A model generated the notes under the pieces. The model was not told the DNA's origin. It saw nothing but the letters and a program-made list of their open reading frames with translations, and did not search any database. Of a stretch of 64,000 nt of DNA, positions 33,962-47,596 are shown in pieces. Within the stretch, counting starts at the first letter, position 1. Each line of letters opens with the position of its first letter. This DNA is from Sphagnum compactum. Taxonomy: Eukaryota. The DNA is taken from positions 1,612,001 to 1,676,000 of the forward strand of contig OZ234493.1 of the NCBI GenBank assembly GCA_965153455.1, read 5' to 3'. The position numbers and the translations under genes were made by a program.

Positions 33962-34285
33962 GGGGGAAGGAGGGCGTTTCTGTCTGGAATCTGTCTTCTG
34001 GACTTTTCGGGGTGGAAACGTTCCAAATAAGTTACACAGTTTTGTGTTAGTAGGAAGCGCATTCCCTCGGTAAAAAGAGTTTCACCAATTTTTCAGCATC
34101 CATTCCACTCTGGAATATGTTCCGCGTCGGGGAAGGAGGGCGTTTCTGTCTGGAATCTGGTCTTCTGGACTTTTCTGGGTGGAAATGTTACAAATACATT
34201 GCAGCTGTTTGTATTGGCAGGAAGTGCATTCTGGCTAGAAAAAAAAAAGTTTTACCAATTTTAGCACCCATTCCAATTCTGGAAT
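33962..34285. repeat. Tandem duplication (about 167-bp period, 2 copies) upstream of the MEA1-like gene
   Basis: ggggaaggagggcgtttctgtctggaatctg...ttccac/aattctggaat at about 33962-34115 and 34129-34285. Confidence 0.9.
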
Positions 34286-34675
34286 CTCCCCAAGACCCTA
34301 CCTAAGTAACAAAATTTCAAGTTTTTACATTAATATTAGCGTTGTTGTGTATCTGTAATATTGTTTGACTATGAAATTACTATAGTAAAATGCACCTTCA
34401 ACACTACCATACTCCCTGAATGGATTTGGCAATAATTAAATTATTTTTTTAATTGTTGATTTTTTGAAAAATAACCTAAACAAAGTGCCAAAAATCAGTA
34501 AAAATAATCTCTCTTTCATTCAATAAGTTTATCAGGATTAGTATCTAAGGCTTCAGCCTTAGAGTTAGAATTTATACTCGGATTCTTTTCTAGCTTCTTT
34601 CTTATAGTATTTTCTGTGCCTAGCCATAGGACTTACACCCAAATGTCATTTTGTCCACATAGTCACATTGGCATT

Positions 34676-34830
34676 CATCCAAAAGAGGAATTAGCCAAAT
34701 TCGACTACACGTCACAGAAGAAAGTAAAACCCATTTAAAGAATCCTCATCTATTTTGGCAACATGCTGGAACCTAAAATGTGACAATTTCATTAAAAAAA
34801 ATTCCCTCAAAATCTGGCAAGTTTGGTACT
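34676..34830. repeat. Dispersed short repeat family (copy 1; others at about 50410-50665 inverted and 55085-55320)
   Basis: Shared core tcatcc.(a/t)aagagg..ttagcca.at.tg.cta...aaagta...gaaccta. Confidence 0.6.
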
Positions 34831-35742
34831 TTTGCATACCAATCTACTTCAAGTATTGATTAACCCTAAATTCGTATATCTTCATAGTCGGATACCAAAC
34901 TAGTATGATCTTAAGTAAGTAACAATGGCGATACCATGCAATGTACTAACCAATCGAATATACCCTTGCCCAACAATGGTGTTGACATATCGACCAATTA
35001 CCAGAGCATCCCTATTCACTCTATCAGCTCATGGCCATGAGTTTAAGTAAATGTCATACATTAACCAATGTATTAACCAAGTATAATTCTTGTTACAAAG
35101 GTTGGTATTTATGGATAAAACATAACCCAATTGTGGACTAGCTCAACAAAACAAATAGTGAGAAGAAGTAAGAAATGAAAAGTAAAAGGAAAGGAAAAGG
35201 AAAAGATCATAAGCTGAAGAAGAAAAGGCTTTTAAGAGCACAGACTTTAGAGGATAAAGTGGGCATTGAAAAGAAGCTTCCCACTTTGGATAAGGAAGCC
35301 CAGAAAATAGTAATTTTCAAAACTTCGAAGACTAAAAGCACTTAACTAAAATCATTTCACTATTAAGAAAACCATTGGTCCAAATATAAAAGAAACTTTG
35401 AAGGCTAAAGCCCTTTCTTTTTTCACTAGCCTTTGAGCTCAGCAACTGAGCTGCAAGAACTCTTTTGAATCGCAAAGCCTTAAGTGCGTACAAGATTTAG
35501 CTTTTGGTTTCTTGCTAAATCCAAGAAATTGCAAGAGAGGCCATTGGAAGTACAATTTCATAAGGTCAAAATGATTTAGGGTTTAGGGTTTAAGATGCTT
35601 AAGAAAGGTGTTTTTTTAAAAGGGCAAGAATTAGACTTAATAAAACAAAATCCAAAAAATCAAAGTACAACTACTGCATCCAGACCTAACTACACATAAA
35701 AATCAAAACAAGGGTGCAAAGGAAAAAAAAAGTGGTGGAAGT

Positions 35743-37598
35743 TTAGAAGTTAGCAGCACTGTCATCTAATTGGGATTCATCTTCAATCTCCACCTCCAAT
35801 ACTTCCTGCATGCACACATGATTTTAAATACATTTAGTTTTGAACAATAACCAGGATTTTGTCACCGTTATGTCTGAACTTGTGGAGATATCTCCACATC
35901 AACAGTTTGAAGGTTAACATGGGTGACGAGTGCAGTCATAACCTTATGAGAGTTGGTCACAAAGTGTCAGACCATCAACTTCTGAATCATGAATAGCAGT
36001 GATGAGCTGCCATGAGTACCCACTGACATCATCAGCAGCTCCTGATGGTGGGTGTAGACTAACTAAGCATATAACAATCTGCTCAAAATCTTGGGCAAAC
36101 AAGCATACACTCTTTTGAAAATCACACAAAAGATGGGTTGTAAAATTTCAGGAGCAACAGTCACCAAAATTCACAGCAGGCAAATTTAAGTAGAAAATAA
36201 AACCTAAAGCTGTATAGTAGTTAGACAGCAATTGAAGAGAGAGTTACCTTCCCCCCCCCAAAAAACTGTACTGGGAAATGATAACTTACTGGGATGCGCT
36301 TGCGGAGGTAGTTGGCAACTCTGGCAAGCACCATGGAGCGTTCATGCCAGAAGCGTCCTGTCAATCTTAGCTTCACGAATGGACCATCCAACTCCACCAA
36401 CTCAGCTACCCCTATAGCATTCAACCCTCAACCCCAAGACAAAGCTTCCATTCACATGATAACTCAAGACCAAAAAAAACACTGCAAGAGAACTTGTGAG
36501 TGAAAAAGAAAGGAAAAGAAAAAAAACACAAATGACAGTGGCAAAATCCACAGACACTCTCAGCTCCTTGGCAACGAGACAGAACTGATGTAGAACTGCA
36601 TTCTGCAATTGTAGATCACTACAGTAGTAAAATGATACATTGTAATGTCAAAGGCATAAGTTCCTGTTACCTGTAATTCCAACAGATGTGTCAAAAATTT
36701 GCAGTAGCTGCAGATATCAAAATGCCAGCAGTACAATCAATAAACATGCAGAATTCAACAAAGGAAAGAAACCCCAAGCAATGACAGATGGAGATTCCTC
36801 AACATTGCAAAAAACAATAGTCTAGGAGTGAATTCAATAGCCTGCAGATTGAAAGGAATCAACAAGAGTACAAAATCATCAGAAGAAGAGAAATGAAAAA
36901 GGAATGAAGCTGCAAGAGAGAAGAAGAATTGGTGAGATTCTCAGAATGCTTGGTGTTTTGCACAGAAAAATAGAATTAGAGTTTCTTCAACATTGCATTC
37001 AGTGTCTAATAGACCTTGGTGCACATTGTCTTTGATGGTGCACATTTTGTCTTTGATGAATAACAATTGAATTGCTTTCTAATCTCAAGTCTTGAAGGGG
37101 GGAAAATGGAAGAGGACTTGAAGAAAGAATGATGGACAAAAACTGAGGAATCAATCAATCCAAGTGTGGGTGAGTGGAGGAGGAAAAGAAATTAGAGGAG
37201 TCTCGTCTGACCTCTGATCGAGCATCCAACAGAACGTGTTGCACATTATCTTCTGTGAGATCAAGTGGCTCCACTTCAGCCCGCACTTGCAACCACCATC
37301 TCCCTTTGCCATTCCAGCTTCTTCCTCTTTCCCCTCCGCCATACTCCCTTGCACCCAAAACCCTAGACTTCAGCTTCCAGTTCTCTAACCCTAATCTCGA
37401 AGCTCTATGACGGTTTTCCTCTCTCCCCAAGCTAGAGGAGGACACCTTGTTGTACACTTTCCTGGACTTATTCAACAAGAATGGAAGAGAGGAACAAGAA
37501 GAAGAAGAAGAAGAGAAACTAGTACAGCATGGTGCTGCTGAACCTAAGCTCCAATTCTCCAAAATCTGTCTTTGACTGCACACTGCAAAATTGGACAT
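35743..37598 (-). CDS. Plastid-targeted NifU C-terminal-fold (NFU-like, CxxC-less) protein, about 202 aa
   Basis: Exons 37212-37598, 36671-36707, 36290-36411 and 35743-35805, all GT-AG with consistent phases. Ser-rich transit peptide ending LQVRA, then LDLTEDNVQHVLLDARSELLQIFDTSVGITGVAELVELDGPFVKLRLTGRFWHERSMVLARVANYLRKRIPEVLEVEIEDESQLDDSAANF. Confidence 0.88.
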
Positions 37599-39545
37599 GG
37601 CGGCAATTTGTTGACGAACAAAACCTCAACAGACAAGAATGCGCTTCTGAAGCCAAGCTTGCTTGCACTGCCTGGATGTGTGGAAAAGAACTTTGAAGAT
37701 AAGAGACGTTTCACACTAGGGCCCGATTTACAAGTCCCCATTCATTCTTGCAATTTGATTGGTTTAGAGCTCCAAATCGGGATAAGTCGTTCACACCACG
37801 GCCAGATTTAGAAGTCCCAACCATGAGTAGGAATCCTACGTGGCTGTACTTTTTGGTTTCATGCGTTGGGACTTAGGCAAGGAGTTGGGTCCAGAACAAA
37901 TGGAAATCCAACTCCAAACAATTAGTTCATTAATTAATTAATTTTTTCAAAACTTCAAATGATAGTGACTAATTACATGATTTTAGATAATTAATCATTT
38001 GATAATAAATTGTTTGAACAAGATAATTAATTCAAATAAATAATTTGAATCACTATTTTCAATAATTAATTCACATGTTTAATTATCATATAATCACTAA
38101 TCATGTATAACTTACATAATGAAAAACAAGCACAAAGCAGGTGGGAATGTTTTTTTGAAATAAGCCGATTATCATCGATCACCTGCATATGATCAAATAG
38201 TTATTTATATTTTCATCATATGTGTTTCATTTTGAGTGATTTAAAATGTTATGGGAGTGCTACCTTAAGCTCTAGAAATCATTTTTGAAGTGTAAAAGAA
38301 AAAGAATAATGAAAAAATAACAAAAGGAAAAATAAGCTTTCCAACCTATAAAATGCGTTTTTTTTTTTTTTTTTCCTCTTTGGACACCTCTTACTTTCAA
38401 ACCTCATAACTTTTTTATTTCTTATTCATTTTAATGATTTAAAGTGTTATAGAAAACACCACCTAAAGTTCTACAAATCATCTTTGATATTTGATAACAA
38501 CTGAACAACATAAAAGGAATTTTTTAGGTGTTTGGGAATTGGCCTATGTAAAGTTCGGTGGTTTGTTTTTTTTGACTTCTTGACCCCCTCTATTTTGGGG
38601 GGTCATAACTTTCTCAATTTTATTTCCTTTTTTATGATTTTTAATGTGTCAAATGTGCAAATAAAAAGGTTCAAGTTTTCTTTAGACATCAAAAATAACA
38701 AAGCCTTCCCTTTGGATCCAACTTGCCTTGAATGCTTAAATGTTCAGCCACTAGTTGGTTTATCCTATAATTGCAACTCAATTTGCAACTAAGAAACAAC
38801 TAAAAGATTTAACCCATATGTTTTGTTTTCGAATCCCATGTTGCAAATTATACAAAGAAAGTTTGTTCTCTCATGTTCTCACAATAAAATACATGTGTCA
38901 TTTTGGGATGAACTCAAAACAACTTAACCTAAAAGTAAAATTTCATGGCTATTCTTTAGTTCATTTAATCTTGTGTTTCCTACCTACTTACCTACCTAGG
39001 TAAATAAGTAGGTCCTATTTTTCTACCCTATGTAGGTAGGTAGGTAGGTATGTAGGTAGGTCTTAGTTAAATATGTAGGACCTACCAACCTATGGTTATG
39101 TACGACTTACCTAGCTACTAAAATATTTATTTATTTATTTATTTATATTTCAAAGAAAATTAAATTTGCCATGTGGCAATTTTCAATTGTACCATATGTC
39201 ACAATATTGAATCATCATTAACAATCATGTTGGTCAATAAAAATCAATATTTTGAAAAGAAAATAATTTTTATATCTAAAAATCTTCATAGTGCCACATG
39301 TTAGATTTTAATAGATGGTTGACAATTAATGGCATTAACATGACATCATGGGTGCAATTATAATGGAATTGCATAATAATTGAAAATGAATTGTTTTGAC
39401 TGAATTGTAATTGAATTGTAATGAATTGCATTGTATATATGATGAATTGCAACTTTACAACTCATGCAACTTGTCCATTAGCACTCACAGCATATTAATA
39501 CACTAAGTTACAAGTGTTCAGTGCAACTCAAAAATTGAATTGTAA

Positions 39546-39579
39546 AGCTAGTTGCAAAACACTTTTTTTTCTCATAGTG
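39546..39579 (-). mobile_element. Single CACTA-type terminus of a degenerate element
   Basis: Reverse complement reads CACTATGAGAAAAAAAAGTGTTTTGCAACTAG, preceded by TTGCAACT subterminal repeats (38770-39555). The partner end was not found. Confidence 0.45.
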
Positions 39580-40379
39580 AGTGAAGGATTTCATTAGAAG
39601 ATGATATTCATAAGTTTTCATAAGTCATAACATTAGGAAGGTGCTTGTGTGTGATACTCTTGTGCAAAAAAAAAAAAAAAAAAACATGGGAAAAAGTTGT
39701 ATTTGTCCTTATGTAATGGAAAATGGTTGAAATCATATGGATTTTAACTTTTCTTTTCAGTGTGCGTTCTATTTAGAGTGTGATAAAGGAGAAAAAGTAG
39801 TTCATATCAAGTTTTTATATAGAGCCTTATTATTGTTATGTATTAGTTCTTATTTTCTTTTATAAAGTTAGAATATTATTTATTTTTTGTTATATTTTTG
39901 GAGTAGAAAGTGCATTTTGCCATAGGATAATAGTTACCACTAGAAGGTAGCAATAAAAAGGTAGAGATGAAATTTGAGGTCTACAAGTGTTGCAAATAGT
40001 AGGTAGCAACTATAAAAGGTTTGCAGATATTATAGATGGTAGGCAACAACTATCAAAGGTCTGCAAATAATTATGGGGTTTCTTTTAAGTCTACAAATGA
40101 CGATATGTGCTGAACAATATCTGTTGCATGATGGTAGTTGGTGCAGGATGATAGTTATTACAAAACAGAAGGTAGACAATAAACAAGTCTTACTTTCATG
40201 TGTTTTCATTTTTTTTCTTATTCCTTTTTTTATTTGTTAATTTTTTTCCTTGATAGTAACTAGGTTGCTAAATTCCATGGTTTAACACAGGCATGTGTCA
40301 TTATCACCATCAAAGTAGCTGCCAAGAAGGTGAGCTTCTTTACATATCCTTAGTGTGTATGTAAAAACCTTATTGGTTT

Positions 40380-42965
40380 TTTCCCTTATTCTTTTTTATT
40401 TTACGAATTTAAGGGCAAATGTGTCGCATGGGGTTGCCAACCAAAGCATGATTTGGGACAAAAATGGGCATAGGTTTATTTGCAAGGTTGAAGCTTGCAA
40501 TACATCTTATTTGGCAAAATATTTGTTTGTAAAACATTTGCATTAAAAGCATGATCTTTCCATAGAATTGGGGAAGCCCAAACACTCATCTATCTGATAA
40601 AAGGGGCCACGCCATCAAGACCATGCATCGATGAATGCACGGGTCCTAAGTAATCATTTTTATAAGCTTCAATGCAATAAGCAAAAAATAATTGCTCAAG
40701 CCAAGATTTGTGCTGCATGCAAGTGGGATCATTTGTAGAATGATGCATTATGAATAAAACCAACACCAAAACCTACATTGGTAAGAATCGCCTCTTCCAA
40801 GTTCCTCACTTTATTGGGCATTCCAACATGGGGTATGGGCCCATCCCCCCATGTAATGACCAAGTTAGAGAGGGATGAAAATCTTGCCAGTTTAATTCAA
40901 GCTAGCAAGATCTCCTACGCAAAGGGCCTTAAAGATGTTGGGATAGTCGAAATTGGATGAGATCTTCATCCAAAAAGGAGCGCAAAAAGGAGATTACTCT
41001 ACTTGTGAATTACCATGAATCGAAGATGATTCATGGCTAGTAAGTTCCATTACATTCAATTTTCACTTCGAATTTGCCATTGTCCTTCAAACATATGTTT
41101 TCCAAATTATATTCATTAGTTTGTGCATATGTCCATTTTAGGATTCGAAGCACCAAGGAGGCCTTCATACTGATGCAATGAAAATAGTTTTAAGCTAACC
41201 AACAATTACGCACCCCATAAAATGTTCAATTTGTACTGAATGCAATGGCACATTACTGGAATGCAAATGGATTTTCATCGAGATTTATTAATGAAAGTTC
41301 TAATGAGAGTTCAAGTGAAAATGAAGGTGAGAGCAATTAGAACATGGTCATAGATCATTTTGTGGGTTTTAGCTTGACATTTCATTTTTGGAATAATACA
41401 CGTTTTGTCCCATGTGTATGGCATCCATAAATTTTCATGCCACATTTTGTAAATTAATTTAGCCTCCATGGATATAGCCCATTGGCATACAAAATGAATG
41501 TATGCAAAGATATCTATAACTTGTAAAAAGTTTGAATTTTCTTTGTACAAAAACAAGGTTACAAATACCCACATGTAATGTATGTGCATCTTGCATTGAG
41601 CAAACAATTGATTGGATGCATTGCTAGTATATGAAGGTATTGCAATTGTAGTCTAAACGTTTGTGCAAGTTCCATTAAAGCCTAAAGGCATGCTTTTGTG
41701 CAATACCCTCATTGTAAAATCAATCCCCTATTTCATAGTTAGAACTTTGAAATTGTTTAAATATGCATGATGAAGGTATTGCATAGGCTCTAATTTTTTT
41801 TTGGTCCATGCAATACCCTAACCCCTAAACCTAACCCTAATACACCCATGATGGTATTGCATAACCCCAATAGGATTAGGGTAGACCAAATGAGGGTATT
41901 GCAATTAGACTAGATTTCTTTACTTTCATTTTATGTGAGGTCACAATTGAAATATTGGTTTAACACCCATAGTAAAATATTGCATACAAAGTCAACATAA
42001 GTTATTTCCATTATGTCCTTAAGGTATTGCATTGTTAATTACATAAGATGAAATAAATTAAACCTGGCCTAAGGATATTGCAAAAAACAAAATGATCTAG
42101 AGGATTTGCATTACCTTAATGAAGGTAATGCACATGTGGATATGGTTGAATATGATATTTGTATTTTGTCCTTAGAGTATTGCACTGTTTTGTTAGATGA
42201 AATGAAATAGAATGAAGTAGATAAAATAAAATAATTATACAACTAGGCCTAAAGGTATTACAAAACAATAAGTTATTTCCAATATGTTCTTAGGCATCAC
42301 ATTACATGTGCAATTAAATGAAATGAAATATAACCTAGGCATGGGTGTATTGCATAACACCAAAATAATCTAATAAATTTGCATTACCTTAATGGGGGTA
42401 ATGCATGTGTGAATTGGGGTGGATAAGTTATTTCAATATTTTATTAAGGTATTGCATTTTTGAATCAAATGAGGTGAAATATATTATCATGGGCATGAAG
42501 GTATTGCACAATCTAGTGCATTTGCATTACCTTGATGAGGGTAATGCATGTGTGAATTGGGTTGAATATTATATTGTCAATGTGTCCATAGGGTATTGCA
42601 TGGATAAAATAGATGAGAGAAAATAGTTATAACTAGGCCTAACGGTATTGCAAAACAATAAAATGATCCAGTGCATTTGCATTATCTTGATGAAGGTAAT
42701 GCATATGGAAATTAAGTTCAATATGTTATTTTCAATGTGTCCTTGGGGTATTGCATTATTGAATTAGTTGAAATAAAAGTAATTAAATAGGACTGAGGGT
42801 ATTGCAATACCTATTAAAATGTGTTGTGTTCATGCATTAGTTGATGAGGGTATTGAAAAAAGAAATTAGGTTAAATATGATATCGTCCTTTTGCCCTAGG
42901 GATATTGCATTTTAGTAAAATCATCCAATGGGTGTGCATTGCCCTTATGAAGGCAATGTGATGAT

Positions 42966-43004
<39 letters not shown>

Positions 43005-43745
43005 CAAGTTGTGCAAAGGGTATTGTAGAAGTTTGAACTCTAATAATTGTGAGGAAGTTCAATGAACGTATCGCAAAAACAATTATATCAGTGGATTGAT
43101 GCGGCTTGAATAAAGATACGCAATTCATTTGTAATATCTTCATATGGGTGTTGCCAAATAATTTAATTGTTGAGTTTTATAGGGCTACAAAGAATAAATC
43201 TAATTTAATTGCAACATCTTTATTTAGGTCATTGCAACATTGTTTTTGACTATCATGGAGATGCAGGGTTTGGTAGGTAGGTTGGAAAGGTGGCAAAACA
43301 ACTTGCATGTTATATTCCAATACCTTAATTGTCTTGCATCATCACTGCCTTGGTGGAGATTTAGTATGTAGGTATGTAAGAAGGTAGGTTGATGGGTAGG
43401 TAGGCAAATGAGTGGGTAGGTAGGTAGTTGGGTGGGCAAGTAGGTAGGTAGGTAGGTAGGTAGGGGAGCAGGAGGAGGCCAAGGTGCATAGTCAGGTAGT
43501 CTAAATGTAGATAGGTAGGTGAGATTGGTAGGTAGTCTAAATGTAGGTAGGTACATGAGACCTAGGTGAGCATGGGGGTTGAGGGAAAAAAAAGTTCCCC
43601 AACAAAAAACCCAACTTGGGTTGAAGAAAGGAGAAAAAGGGTCAACCTAAGTTGGCCACCTTAGTTAGCTGACGGACAGTTAGGGATGAAAAAGGTGCAC
43701 CCATCAATGCCCATACATCCACATTGGTGCACTGGTGGGTGCTAG
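40380..43745 (+). mobile_element. Degenerate Helitron-like element with C2H2-finger ORF relic and GGTATTGCA array
   Basis: CKVEACNTSYLAKYLFVKHLH*KH at about 40480-40552; repeat array at 41630-43030; TAGG repeats at 43366-43552; terminal 14-bp stem (gcacccatcaatgc / gcactggtgggtgc) ending in CTAG|T at 43742-43746. The 5' end is undefined. Confidence 0.4.
42970..43001. repeat. (TA)n microsatellite
   Basis: About 15 TA units. Confidence 0.95.
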
Positions 43746-46700
43746 TTCACTCTACCCAAAAAGGGGAAAAACTACTAAAGACTTGAGCACTATGAAGTGT
43801 TTGGGTGCAAAGTGCAGGCCCAAAGTGCAGATTGCGGAGACTCAATTGTAGGATAACCTTGGAGTAGTGGCCTTTCCCAAAGTAAGGGCGAGTGTCGTGT
43901 GGTTATTTGAATTTTCAAAAAACCACCCATTTTGGTTTTAAATATGTTTCAAAATGACGGAATCACCAGTTTGGGCTCTTTGAAAAAATCAGAATCAAAG
44001 AGCCGTTGGTCCCATTCATCTCAAAAGCCTTGTAAGAAGCTCTACAATTTTCATGAAAAAACCATGTTATTTTTTTGGAACCTCTTCGATTATGAATCCT
44101 AAGATCTCCTTGATAACCATTGGGGGCCTTATTTCTAATAGCTCCCCAACACTAGTAAGGGCCCCTTGAGGCCACAATCAAGGGAGGGACCCACATTGGG
44201 AACACCCCTTACTTGAGCCACATAATAACTTTATAGAATTGTTTTTTCTTTCTTTTTCCATGATACCCAATGCATAAAAAAGAAAAAACCAGGTGTCTCA
44301 AAAATGACACACTTACTAAAATAAATGCCATGCATTTTGAGGATTCAATAGTACTCCAAATAGCTTGCACTCCCTTAGCACAAAAAACATTTACTAGGTT
44401 ATTACTAATGTTGGCAAGTTCCCTAGTTTGAAGTGTTAAACCCAAGGGTTTAGGTTTAGGTTATTGTGACTCATATTCAACCCAATGCCCTTTTGGTGGA
44501 ACTAGAAAAAGATTGGAGTACCAAATTAAACATTGTGTTAGAATTAGAATTGGAACTTGGAGAATAAATTTTTAAAAATATGTTCAAGTTATTCACATGA
44601 GTAGATTTTTATTAAAAATTTAAAGGTTCATAAATAGGCTGAACTTTATAAGTAGGTGATTGGTTTTACAATTTTATTGTAAAACTTGATACCTTCATAA
44701 ATTTCAGTTTTAACTTGTTGGGAAACTTCCTACATATATTTTTTTCAGCCTTGGGGAGTGTTAGTGTGCACATGGGTGCAAACAACATAAAAGGAATGAC
44801 ATTGTTTGCTTGGGTGACTACTTAAAAAATTGTGAAATTGCTTGTAAAGAGGATATGGCAAATTATCATTGGTTACAAAAGGTGATGAATTAAAATTCCA
44901 TGATTTTTGTAGTGGTGAAAGATATTCAAATTTTTTTTCATGAAATATTATACTAATATGTAAAGGTGTGGATAAATATTATAAATGATTATCTCATTTT
45001 GAAAGCATTTCAAGCCTTTTAAAAGTTTAAAAATAATGAAAACATTAGTCACAATGTTTATTGAATGTTTTTTACTATTGTATATATATGAGATTCAATT
45101 CAAATTGTTCAACATGTCTCCATAACATCTTTAAAACATTATTATGTAAAATTATTAAAATGTTAAGAGGCAAGTTCTCCAAGGTAGGTGAAAACCAAAG
45201 ACAAAAGCACAAAGTATGCAAAACAAAAATGCAAGTGGAATTTTACTTTAATATTGTATGAAATCATGAATATGAAATGAAATGAACAAGGCAAGATTGT
45301 ATTTCAAATTGGTGTTAAACATACTAAAAATAATGGGGATGTTTTTTATAATTATATCCCTTTCGGAAATTAATTCGAAGAAAATTTATGCCTGCCACTT
45401 GAAGAACCTTTTTTGAAAACCTTCATAACTATAAATGAACCATAAATGAATTGAACTATGATGAACTAAAATTGAACATGCAAGTGGACCCTATTTTTGC
45501 ATTTGGATAATTTAACAAAACAAAATTTTAATTTCAAAATTGAAATCGAAGCTTCTTCCAAAAAGGAAGAATTGTCCAACACTGGATGTTATGTTATTAG
45601 AGTTGGGTGATTTTTTATTTTTTAGAAATAATTGTTGATTTGTGGTATTTGAAATTTAAAATTTTGAATAAATCAACCAAGTTCAAGTATTTCATTTGTT
45701 ACACATTATAAAAATCAATTGGGTATGAGTAGCTTTGGAAGGTCATTTTTATGCTAGTTTTTGGGAAAAAAACCAGTTGGATAAATGAGGTGGTTTTTGG
45801 CAAAGAACCTTTAATCAACTATGTTTTGCTAGTTAAACAAATCCATAAGTGGCTATTTAAAATTTGCATTGCACATTAAGGACTTGCAAGAACCCAAAGC
45901 TTCATTACAACCATTATTATACCTTTCTTTCAACGAACTTCTTAGGAACAACTCACATTGAAAACCCAAACATGTTAGATTACTTCAAATGTCCACGGTA
46001 GAGGGGATAATACAATCTACCAATGTTTAAATTCACATTGAAAAGACATAAATTTGATATTAGTTCAAATGTCTTAAGGATTACAAATGCTTGTAAAAAA
46101 AAGAGTACATTACAACCAAGATGGAATGAAAGAACATCACAAAGATCCATTCATAATGATATTACTACTGTAATCTGCCAATCACATAAGGACACCACAC
46201 AAGTCATTAACATGTGGTTTGGCTTGCGCATTTACACTAACATCTAGAGTTGAAAACTCCATAAGACTGGCAACACTAAATCATCACAAAAGTGATTGCA
46301 ATGAATCAATGACTACATACAAAAAATGGAAATACATAAAAAGTAGCAATAAATAACAAGGGATTGAAGGAAAAAAAGGTGAGAAGGCTAGCCCAATTGG
46401 AGAATGATGAAATGAAAATTCCGTTGGCAACTAGTTAAAAACCATTGACAATGGAAGCTATTCATTAACAACTAAATAGGAAAACGACCTATGATAGTTG
46501 CATAAAACACCTTGAGATTGGTGATAGAACAAATTATAAGTCACAAAAAATGAACCAAAGCTTTAAAAGCGATTTGATGAAAAAGAACAAAATAACTTTA
46601 TTAATGAAAACTTTCTCACCTTTGTTTAGGTTGAATTTAATTACACTCTCCAATACTTGAATAAAGGGCAAGAAAAAATTGTTGACATAGAAAATCTTCA

Positions 46701-47596
46701 TGTGAAGTGTTCCAAGGTCACATTCATAAGAAATTCAAGGAAAAAAGGTGTGATGATGTAGTTGTTATTGATTGTTGACTTTCATTTTCTCTATTGTGTT
46801 CAAATTCAAAAAGATAAAAAAGACCTAGACCTTGGACAAAAAATTGATGGTTCTAAAAAATGTACTAGATCAATTTTCAAGCCAAAAATGTTGGCCAATT
46901 TTTGGTGATGGGGTGGAGGTGCACCTCAATATAAGTATTAAATTTTTTCTTGAAGTCTAGGTCAAAGCAAAGGCTAAGTATTATGAATTGGGGTTCGCCA
47001 AGATGGGGCCAAAGACATTTCTTTCATAAACTAACCTCTACTTATTACATACCTATAGAATAAGTTAGAAAATTGGCAAGGCCATAATCAAAGAACCAAG
47101 TTCAACATTAGTCCAAACCAATATTGTTTAGTTCTTGAATTCAAAAGGAACATGTAATCCTAGTTTTAATTTTTTTTTGTTTTTGATACACATAGTTGCA
47201 TAGGTGACCACAGCAATTGCAACCATGATGGCTGCCATATGTTTTGTATAGGTTGTTGTGGTATTCCATATATGTACATATTGTACACATACACGTAGAC
47301 CATTTGGATTGCACATCAAAATACATTAATTTTTTTAAAAGTTAAAATTACATGTAAAATTCCATATGCCACCCATGGGTTCTTTAAAGGTGATCGATCA
47401 TGATATATTGCAGCTACAATTTGAGTACAAGAAATAGCTCTATGCATAATGGAAGATCCGGTCTAGTCTTGAGACCAATTTTTTAGATTTCTAAAACTTT
47501 TATTTTTGGTCATTTTCACAAAGAATTTAAAACCAGTTCAATTAAAAACAAGTTTTGGTTCCATTTCCATGACACATAATTAAACCCAAAGAATAA

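Noticed and set aside
35575..35592. TTTAGGG telomere-like repeats (also about 57625 and 44447)
   Set aside because: Only 2-3 units; common telo-box-like motifs, not an interstitial telomere.
41630..43030. Repeat-spacer pattern superficially like a CRISPR array
   Set aside because: Eukaryotic context, repeats only about 9 bp and degenerate, spacers mutually similar, no cas genes.
43224..43556. 110-aa Pro/Thr/Tyr/Leu-rich ORF
   Set aside because: Translation of (TAGG)n low-complexity repeats.
45800..47100. Possible hAT transposase relic
   Set aside because: I could not read any convincing transposase motif in any frame.
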